From Zygnema circumcarinatum SAG 698-1b (taxonomy: Eukaryota; Plantae; Zygnematophyceae): a DNA stretch of 64,000 nt. The notes beneath the pieces were generated by a model. It worked only from the letters and a program-made list of their open reading frames with translations. It made no database searches and was not told the origin of the DNA. The stretch lies in assembly GCA_037447605.1 (NCBI GenBank), contig CM074813.1, forward strand, positions 806,001 to 870,000. The letters are read 5' to 3'. How positions within the stretch are numbered: the first letter of the stretch is position 1; the number at the start of each line of letters is the position of its first letter. Both the position numbers and the translations under genes were made by a program. This document shows positions 54,328 through 64,000 of the stretch, one piece after another.

Positions 54328-55819
54328 TTTAGCCCTGAACCCCAGAACTTGAGCTTCCCGCGTGCCTCCCCCAGGGGGTTTTGCCGCTTCGCAGCCGAGA
54401 GAGGGAGGGAGGGTGGGGCTGCGGAAGGCGAATTTCCCCTCGCCCGGGGTTAAGGGTTCAGAGTCTGACCCCTTGTTTTACAGTACAAGTTCAGATTGAT
54501 TTCTTCTTCGTAAAAAGAAGAAGCATCTCCCGATGATGAGGATGTGATTCACGGACCACTTTCCGAAGTTTCGATGTTCTTGAGCGCCTGAGAATCGGGA
54601 TGCAAAATCGGTTTTCAGATTTTAGGGTTTGTAATTTGGAGCCGTTTCATGTTTTCTGTGTTAGAGGTTAGACCGGCGGAAAGGGAGCTCAGATGGTGAG
54701 TGCGCGTTCTCTCCTCTCTCTCTCTCCCTGTCTCACTCCCTCTCTCTCTTCCTCTCCCTTTCGCTCTCCTTTCTCTCTCCCTCTCCCTCTCCCTCTCTCC
54801 TTTCTCTCCCTCTCCCTCTCCCTCTCTCTTTTCTCTCTCCTCTCTCCCTCTCTCTCTTTCTCTCGCTTCCTCCCTCGTCCACTCTCCCTCCCTCTCTCCT
54901 TCGTCCTCACTCGCCCTCTCTCTATCTGTTCTCTTCGCTCTCCCCTTCTCCTGCACTCTCACGCCCCTCCTCCCTCAATTATAACGCCCTCTCTCCCTCC
55001 CTCTCCCCCTCCCTCTGCTGCATGATGTCTAACGTTCACAAATACTTTACCACGGTTTCTCGCTTTGTCCCCTTGTCATGAACCTGGTTCTTTCCCTCAA
55101 ACTTTTTGTAGGTCCGATGCCGCCACTTTTCAGCATAAGCTGATTCCTTTTCAAGTATATGAACCTCAGTCAGTCCGCATCTTTGAACCCGGAATTTCTG
55201 ATAAGCAGGTCCGCCCCCCCCCCCTCTCCGGCCTCCTTTTGTTTTCCCGTATGATCATTGCTTACTTTTCAAGATGCTGACTGGTAGAGCGGGCACCAGC
55301 TGTCACACCAATGGTCGACCACTTGTGACCGATGGGAAGCTTTCGTTTTCTGAGTCTAAAGAATGTAAATTTGTAGTCAGTTAGTTAATTACCATTGTGT
55401 ATCCTCCTTTTCATATAGATATCCGTATGAAGTTCAGGGCCAATTGTTTACTTTCCCCCCCTTTTCTTTTGGTCAAAGGTTATTGTTCCAGTGCACAGAC
55501 TCCTTGACCTGTCCTTAACATTTCCAAATATGAAGTTTCTCACGCAATTTCAAGGGAAAATGGAAAAAAAAAAAGAGTGAGGCATCTAATAACTAAATCC
55601 TTAGAGTCTGCTCAATTTCAATTCTTCTTTTCTCTCTTATGTTGAAAACTGTGGCCCGACTTGACCCCAACTGACTTCTATCGAACTGAACTCAATCTAA
55701 ATCGCATGGAAACAGAACAAAATTGACTCAACCAAACTGAAACTGAAACTGAAAGTAAAACTGAACGGAACGACATGAAACCGAACTGCAGGCCCGTCGC
55801 AGGTAACGGCGAACGTCTC

Positions 55820-58800
55820 ATGTGGAGACCCGCATGGCAGCTGCCGAGTCGGAAGGTCCGGGGCTTGCGGAGGCGCCACGTGGGCCTATCAGAGAGCTCG
55901 CCGTTCAATGCGAGCAATATCTTCTGCGGCTGCGGGATGGAGGCTGTGGTGACGGGGCAGTGGTTCTATGGCTTCCGTGGAGGAAAATTTCCGTTAGGAA
56001 ATGCCGCTGGCGTTGCTAAAAGCGTCGCCGAAAAAAATAAAAAAAATGGAAAGAACGGAATTTCGGGTCAGAGTGTGAGGTGGCAGCACGCGGAGGCGTC
56101 GTCGCCTTTCTTGGCCACCGTGACGGATGTCACAGAAACGGACAACACTCTGTTACGATCTCCTGGGATGCTTTTGAAACCCCAGCAACAGCTGGCTCAG
56201 CTGACGTCGACGCTGACGTCAGTTCGTGCAAAGATGCAGCTCGAGGAGGATTTGAAGCGAAATTTGGTCGGAGCCATTCAGAGCGCGATTGTAAATTTTG
56301 ATCAAGCCTGCGACGTGAGGAAACGCTATAATGTTACTAGTTTTAATGGTAATGAAAGGGGTTTGAGTAATTTGAGTGGCGACTTCTTGGAATGCTCGGA
56401 TTTTTTCTCTCAGAAAATGGAGCTCTCAAACTTTCAAATTCGCGAAAATTCAGGGAGGGTGGATGGTCCATTTTTGAGTTCGGGAGCGGTGCCGGAAATG
56501 AGAGGGACCCTGCACAGATTGCCGGAGCGAGATCGGGTGCCGAGAATCGTAAAACCGAAACCGGAACCAATACCCCGCCCGACTATGCGAGTGCCTGACA
56601 CATACGGCTGGAGCGATATCCGTTTCGCATTCAACAAACTGACGGAGGAGCAGGACGAAGAGGAGGCGGAGGAGACGGAGCCGGATGAACCACCCCTCTG
56701 CGGAATTGAAGAAAAAAGAGCTGAAATTCATCGACGGCACGCAGAATTTTATGAAAGAATTGAACGGCAACGGGTTCGAGAAATGGAGGCAAATCGAATG
56801 GCGGCAGAGGAATATCAACAATTGTTGAATCAGATGAATGAGAAGGGTTTAGGGCCTGCTTTACCCGTTGGAAGAGCCCTAATTCTCTCGTGGTTTGAGC
56901 CCCTCCTACTTTCAATAAGACAGATGCAGGAATCGCTGAAAGCAGGCACAGAAACGAGGCTTTTCGTTAGGAACTACGGAAATTATCTCCTGGAATTGGA
57001 TGCGGAAATTTTGGCAGTTTTGGTTTCGCACCGTATTGTGGAACTGCTGTTGCAGGAACACGGACGGTTCAATAGCGCACAGGGAAAGCTTGAAATGAAC
57101 AGCAACTTTTTTCCAAAAAGTTTGCAGGGATATCCGAGCTTCATAAAGATGATTGTGGCAGCCTTGAGTGTCGGGCGGGCCGTGGAAATGGAGGTGATTT
57201 CAAATCCCTAAAATTCTAGAACTCTAAAACCTCGATGGCCTGAACTCTGAATCTGTAAAGTTTGAGCTTTGACTGAACCCTGGAACTTGTAATCACGTTC
57301 AAATTTCAAACAAAAAATTTCAAACAAATGGAAAGTCTAGGCTATTTCAAGAACTTGAAGATCTTACAGTTGTTAAGTTTTGCGAAATATTTGAAAGCCT
57401 AAATTTTGGAGGTTCCATGCTTTACCAAAACTCGAGGCTGTCGGAATAGTTCCGAAGGTCATATTTAAGTAGTCGTGGAGTTTCAATTATCAGTTTTTCC
57501 TTCACGGTTTTTCTAGTTTCAGGTTTCACACTCTAGTAGTTCCTAATCGCTTGACTTTGTTCTTCTATCTCGATACCAATAAATTGAAAAGGAAAAAAGG
57601 AAAAGGATACCTACATTTATCAATCTGCCCTTGCTCCACTCTCTTACCTGAATACATGTGCAGGTGAAGGTCACAAACGCTTTGAAAAAGGTACGCTCGA
57701 AACCGTCGAAATCAAAATGGAAATCAAGCGACAAAGCGAAGTTGGAGGAGACTCCCCCCCCCTCGCAAAGTTCATCGCAGTTCTACTTCCCCTCGTGGAT
57801 GAAACGAGGTTCAGTTCCAACAAAAGAAGAAGCAAAAAAACTTTTCGAAAGAGACAAAACGAGTGCTGCCCGGTTTGCGCAGGGGCAGGAGAGCTGGGAT
57901 GAAGAAACAGTCGTGCAGGTGAGAGTGACGAAGGCAGAAAAGAAGGGAGAGCGGAGAGGGAGAGAAAGGGATGTGGGCATTTTCAGTCATTCTACATCAT
58001 CTCTTCAAATCTTGTCTTCCCTCCCCTCCCTCCCTCCCTCCCTCCCTCCCTCCCTCCCTCCCTCCCTCCTCCCTCCTCCCTCCTCCCTCCTCCCTCCCTC
58101 CCTCCCTCCCTCCCTCCCTCCCTCCCTCCCTCCCTCCCTCCCTCCCTCGCCCTCTCCTTCCTGTCCCTCCCCTCTCAAAGTCCTCTCACTCTCACTCTCT
58201 CCTGCCCTCTCAATCTGCTGCTCTCCTTCCTTCCTCCCTAACCACGTCTTACCAACGAGCAAACCAACTCCACAAGACCCCCTTGGTCTATTTTATTCTA
58301 CATTATTGCCCCTCACCATCTCTCCTTCTCCTTTCCTCCCCTTTCCATTCTTAAGAAATTAATTCAACTATTATAATTCAACTAATTTATTTCTCCTTAA
58401 ATATTTTTATCTCCAGGTCGGCATGATCCTTATTGACCACCTCATAAAAACGGCTCGAGTGCCGGAGAAGCTGCTTTCTGGTAGGAAGCGGAAGCGGACG
58501 AAGGAATCCGAAACAAGTACTTTGCCGGAGGCCAGGGAGGGGAGTCTGCCTGGCAAGAAGGAATCGGGCGGTACCGACTCCAAAGAAGAGGAATGGCGGC
58601 CCGCCTTCATCCACGACCACGTGTACCTTCAGTGAGAATTTCTCCACTTCTAAATTCATGAAAAATTCTGAGCTGCAAATTCATGAAAATTAGGTCATTA
58701 GTTGACAAAAAGGTGTGACCTTACAATGTGATGTTTTTTGCTCTTATCTTGGAGCTGAAGCCATGGATGATCCCTGCAATCGGAGCCTGTTTTGTTGTCT

Positions 58801-59156
58801 GCTTTGTTGGTTAATTTGGTTTATCAGTTCGACAAGCGTGTGAGCTTCCTTTGCATTTTCGCCATGTATGTTTTTCTTTTGTGGATGGAGTTGTTCTGTG
58901 CACTTTTTGACGTGATTCGTGGCAGGGCTGCTAACGAGGTGGAGTATAACAGGCCCAACCGTCGCTACGGGGCGATCTGCTGCACTCAAGAGGTCAAGGC
59001 GCTCATTGACGACTCGGTACTCTCTCTCTCTCACACACACACACTCTCTCTCTCTCCCCCCTTCCCCCCTTCCTTATCACGTCCCTCTCTTTCTAGTTCA
59101 CTTTCTCTACGTCTCTTTCCTCGTTTCCATACCACCTTCAGACTTCCCTCTGCCCC

Positions 59157-59236
<80 letters not shown>

Positions 59237-62200
59237 ATATCTTTCATTCTTGCCGGTGATATTCCTATTGTAATTTTGATTATTTACTATTTTTGCCCTT
59301 TGGAGCAGGCAAACGGATTTGTTCCTACATTTCCGTACATGCCGATGATCGTGAGACCCAGGAAGTGGAAAAGGTATGCTACGGAAAAACCCCTTCTGGA
59401 TACAAAGGGATGGAAATGTAATCTTAGAAATCAACTGTTTGAAACTACAAGTTCAATGCCTTTTACTTCAAAAATTCTGAAGGACAATCTTATATTGGTT
59501 GAAAGCTACTGTTTTCCGATCAACTTATGTTGCCAAAAAGAATAAAGTAGGGTTCAATGCAGGTATCATTTACTATCTGTCAGGTTTTTTTGTGTTCATG
59601 TGTGCATGTGTTAAGTTGATATTTTTTATGAATATCAATTGTGACCACACAAGTTTACACTGAGGACACATGCTCGTCCTCGCCTGTTTTGGAAATCTGT
59701 GATGGTTTCGAAAGTGTGCCTTTATTAAATGTGTTTGTGTTAATAATACTTACGCATCATGTGACGTTACGTGACGTGACAGCTACAACTCCGGCGGGCA
59801 CCTAGTCCTGCCGTGCGCGATGATGCGAACGCACGGAGCGGTCGGACAGAAGAGGGCGCTCAAGCAGGCGGGGGAGAGGCTGGAGAAGGTGTTCCAGGTG
59901 AGGGAGAGGGAGAGGGAGAGGGAGAGGGAGAGGGANNNNNNNNNNGGGGAAGAGGGATGGGGAGGCCTTTAGTATTTTAAATAGAGTATTTTGTGAGTTG
60001 TGCCTGCAGGCTTTGGATGTGCTTGGAGCCACACCATGGCGGATAAATCGTCGCGTCGCAACCGTGCTGGAACAGCTGTGGGAAGAGGGAGGAAATGTGG
60101 GAGGACTGGTTTCTAGGCAGAATGTGAGATTTCCGTTAATCATGGCTAATTGTTGTTCCTTTAGTGCTTTAATTTGTTGTTTCTCCCTCAATCCCTTCCT
60201 CTCCCTGTCTCCCTCTCCTCGTGGAGGAGGGAAATCGCGCTCTACCTCATGAGCGATAACTCCCCCTCCCCCCAATTTCTATTATTTCTTATTATTTTTT
60301 CTTTGCTTTTTATTTCAGGAGCCTGTGCCTGTTTTGGAAAAAGAGGAGTATAAGAGACTGAAGGCGGAAGACCCCGCCCTGCTGAGGGAGCATATTAAGG
60401 AGAAAAGAAAAAATGAAAAAATCAATGCGGAACGACACTCTCTGCAGGCCGACATGGACCTGAAACTGCAGGTATGCCTCCGCCCGGCTCGCCCTCTCTC
60501 TCTCTCTCTCTCTCTTCCCCTCCCCCCCTTCCCACCCCCGCTTTCTGCGCTCTTCTCTCACTACTTGAGTCTCCCACTGACCTCTTGTACGTACAAGTCT
60601 CTCTCCTCTCTCCAATCTCTCGTCTATCCCATTCCTAAAGCTTACTACCACAGACTTACACCCCCGTCCTTTACCACCTCTTCCTCCCCTCGCCCCCCTC
60701 CTCTTCCTCCCCCCTCCCGCCTCTCTCACTCTTCCTCTCTCTCCCCATCTCTCTCCCTCTTCCTCTCTCGCCCCCCCCTCCCACACTCTCTCCCTCTCTC
60801 CCTCTCTCCCTCTCTATCTCTCAGGTCGTGAGAGATTTTCGAAACGAGGAGCGGTTTTACTACCCCCACAATGTGGATTTCCGCGGGAGAGCGTATCCCA
60901 TGCATCCCCATTTGAACCATTTGGGGGCCGATCCCTCCCGGGGAATGCTCGAATTTGCAGACCCTAGACCCCTAGGGTCTAGGGGTCTATGGTGGCTAAA
61001 GGTCCACCTGGCAAATGTGTTTGGAGGGGGAGTAGATAAACGCTCTATGGAGGAACGGGCTGAATATGCGGACGAGAACATGCAGGAAATTTTTGATTCG
61101 GCGGAAAATCCGTTGAACGGAAAACGGTGGTGGTTAAAGGCGGAAGATCCGTTCCAATGTTTGGCGGCGTGCATAGAAATAAGGGATGCGATTCTGTCGG
61201 GAAATCCGGAAACATACATGTCAAGGTTGCCTGTGCATCAGGTTGGCTCTCTCTCTTTCTCGCTCTCGCTCTCTCCTAACCCTCCCACTCACTCCTCACC
61301 CTCCCTTTCTCTCTCTCTCTCACACTCCTTCCTCTTCTCTCCTTCGTTTTCTCTTGGCTTGTCGTTTGCTGCATGTTTCCCTTCTCCTCCCATGCCATCA
61401 CAAACCCTCTCCCTTTTTTTCCTTGTCTCCTTGCACTCGCCCTGCTTCTCTTATCCCACTCTCACACCTTCCTTTGCCTCTCTCTCCCCGCTCCTCGCAT
61501 CCCTCCCTCCCTCCCTCCCTCCCTCCCTTCTCCCTCTAAATGGTTCTCAATTTTGTTATTTTGTGAATAATTTCAGGATGGCTCTTGTAACGGCCTGCAA
61601 CATTATGCTGCTTTGGGCCGAGACCAGGTAAGAAAATGAATTTCAATTTTCTCTATATCTCTCTCCTCCCTCCTGCCCCTCCTTCTCCTCTCTCCCCTCC
61701 CTCCACTCTATCTCCTCTCCCTACCCTTTCTCCCTCCCTCTTTCTCTCTCTTTTTTACTCCATCACCTCCCTCCGTCTTCTTCTGCCCCTCTCGTCTGCT
61801 GCTACTCTCTCTGACCTTCCCTTTCCTCTCCCTTCTCCTAGCCTTTTCCCTCTTCACCCACTCACTCTCACTCTCACTCTCGATCAGGCCACCCTCTCTC
61901 CCCTCCCTGTCTTCACTCTTCCTGTCTTCCTTTCCAATCTCATCCACTTGTCCACTCCCTCGTTCTCTCCCTCCTCCGTAATGAGTAATCTCCTCTTTAT
62001 GATTATCAATTTCATTCATGCATCATTAGCTTTGTCGAGAAAGAAATCCACTGGCAGATCGGCGACAAGAGCAGTAGGAGCGGAAGGGAACGAAACTGAA
62101 ATGAACGGAACGGAACTGAAATGAACGGAACGGAACTGATTTTTTTCTTTGTTCTTTGTTCTCAGGCCGGAGCCGAGCAAGTGAACATGACGCCATGCTC

Positions 62201-64000
62201 ACGTCCGCAGGATGTGTATACCGGAATCTCCGAAATGTGAGCTTCTAAAAAAAAAAAAAAAAAAAAAAAATGAGATGACCGGATACACGAAATTTTTAAG
62301 AACATCATCAGTTTGTAAACGCGGGATCTTCTCCCTTTCCCAAATTTTTATTTTCGCCTTTTTTTTTCCTTATGGGTTTTTTTTTGGGGGGGGGGGTTGA
62401 AATGATGCAGTGTGAAAGGGATTGTTGAGGAGGACGTGTTTTCAGAAGAGCCCATAAAAGCAGATCTCGCCAAGCAGTTGAAGGGGCAAGTAAGTAATTA
62501 CAATCCTACTTTTAAGGAAACTCGAAAGCCGTCAAATTCCAAATACGTGAAAGATTCTGATATCCCATTATTATCTTTTTAAAGGACGAGTTCGGTGCTT
62601 TAGAAGTTGATGTAACTTCTGACTTCCTTCCATCTTAGAAATTATTAGCCCTTTTACCAAAGCATGAATGTTTTAGGCATTACGAAATCCCTTTTTGCTT
62701 CTGATCACTACCCACCCTACCTCACTGAAAACTTCAAACTTCAAATATCTGAACAAGTGCATTCACGAACCATTGGACCCCCTGTAAACTATTCGTTTTT
62801 TCAACTTGATGATTTTTTCCCACATTGTTATTATGAAATATTGCAGGTGGATCGGAAATTGGTAAAGCAAACAGTGATGACTTCAGTGTACGGCGTGACA
62901 TATGTGGGGGCTCGGAGCCAAATTCACAATAGAATCAAAGAAAAGGGTCGAATTTGTGACGATGATTTGCAGTTCAGAGTATCCTCCTATGCAGCACGGG
63001 TAAGGGGTGATCTCAATGTTATAGGAATACTATGCAGCTCTTTCAGTATTGCATAATGTGTTTCTTTTTTGAGGCACTGTGGGTCTTTTTGTATTTAATT
63101 TTGTCTCTAAGTTGAAGGGCATGTGTGTTCTAAAGTGGCATGTGAGTATGTCTAAAGTGTTTTAAGAATTTGCGATGAAGTTGAAATGCGAGAGTGGTAA
63201 GAGGGGCTGGGAGAGGGAGGAAAGGAGAAGAGGAGGATGTATTTCCCTGGTTTTATATTTTAAGTTGGAGGAGAGGCTCGTTTTTCCTCTCCTTCCCCCC
63301 TCTACTTCCTTAACTAGGGGAACTTTAACATTTTTCTTTTCCCTTTTCTTTTCTGGATGACCAGAGGATGAATTTTGAGATTTGTTTTCTTGTGTGCAGG
63401 TAACGCTCGATGCTCTCTCGCAGATGTTCTCTTCCGCTCGCAAAATCATGGGGTGGTTGGCAGACTGTGCGAAGGTGAGCAAAGGAGGGGAGGGAGGGAG
63501 AGGGGGAAGGAGAGGAGGGAGAGGAGGAAGGGGAGGGAGGGAGATAGGAGCTCAAACTCGAGCTTATGAACTTTTGGCCCTAGGCCTCCTCCTACATGCG
63601 GACGGTTTGCTTGTTTATAACATCAATATCTTGGAATTGTTTTTTGTTAATTGTTATGTTTTCAAGATTTGAATGACTACTTCATTGCTATCGTCACTTA
63701 CTCTTCCCCTTCTCTTCCTCTACCCCCATCTCTCTCTCCTTCTTCCGCACTCTCTCCTACTCTCTCCCTTCCTCTTCTCTCCTTCGCTCTCTCTCCCTCC
63801 CTCCCACTCTTCCCCTCTCCCCTCCCTCCCTCTCTCCCCCTCTCCCTCTCCCCTCCCTCCCTCTCTCCCCTTCTCCCTCCCTCTCCCACCCTCCTCTCCC
63901 CCTCTCCCCTCCCACCCGCTCTCCCCCCTCTTCCTCCCTCTCCCACCTTCCCGCTCTCCCCCTCTCCCTCCCCCCGTCCCTCCCTCTCGCCCTTCCCGCC
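55820..64000 (+). CDS. RPOT: Nuclear-encoded T3/T7 phage-type organellar RNA polymerase, 3' end beyond window
   Basis: Exons 55820 (or 55775)-57193, 57664-57918, 58417-58631, 58926-59016, 59309-59373, 59783-59897, 60010-60123, 60319-60471, 60825-61241, 61577-61627, 62166-62237, 62411-62489, 62847-62999, 63400-63474. Motifs [24 protein letters not shown], motif [11 protein letters not shown], motif [15 protein letters not shown]. Confidence 0.97.

Overview
Eukaryotic nuclear DNA from a green-plant lineage. TTTAGGG-type repeats, plant-like proteins and land-plant-like RpoT exon structure point to a streptophyte alga or early-diverging plant; the species cannot be determined. The window opens with a disrupted Ty1/copia LTR retrotransposon (<1-5204). 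It is followed by spliced genes I reconstructed by hand: RRP7, an intronless DUF1294 gene, an orphan coiled-coil gene, an RNF121-like E3 ligase (interrupted by a probable assembly duplication), a small membrane protein, a five-finger CCCH protein, an MBOAT LPCAT, an SMPD4-like gene, a DUF2408/CUB1-like gene, an 83-aa orphan membrane protein, and a phage-type RNA polymerase (RpoT) that runs off the window end. Introns are filled with GA/CT tracts and degenerate telomere-like repeats. The strongest unexplained signals are: (i) a recurring promoter grammar of CCAAT-N10-CACG with fixed spacing, next to dense GTAC clusters and echoed in the LTR; (ii) an over-represented palindrome GCCACGTGGC that ignores reading frame; (iii) telomere-like and pentamer arrays next to splice sites that resemble reiterated branch points; (iv) an inverted MITE-like pair bracketing one LPCAT exon. 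No rRNA, tRNA or CRISPR array was recognised. All counts are hand counts and all homology calls are from recalled motifs, not database searches.
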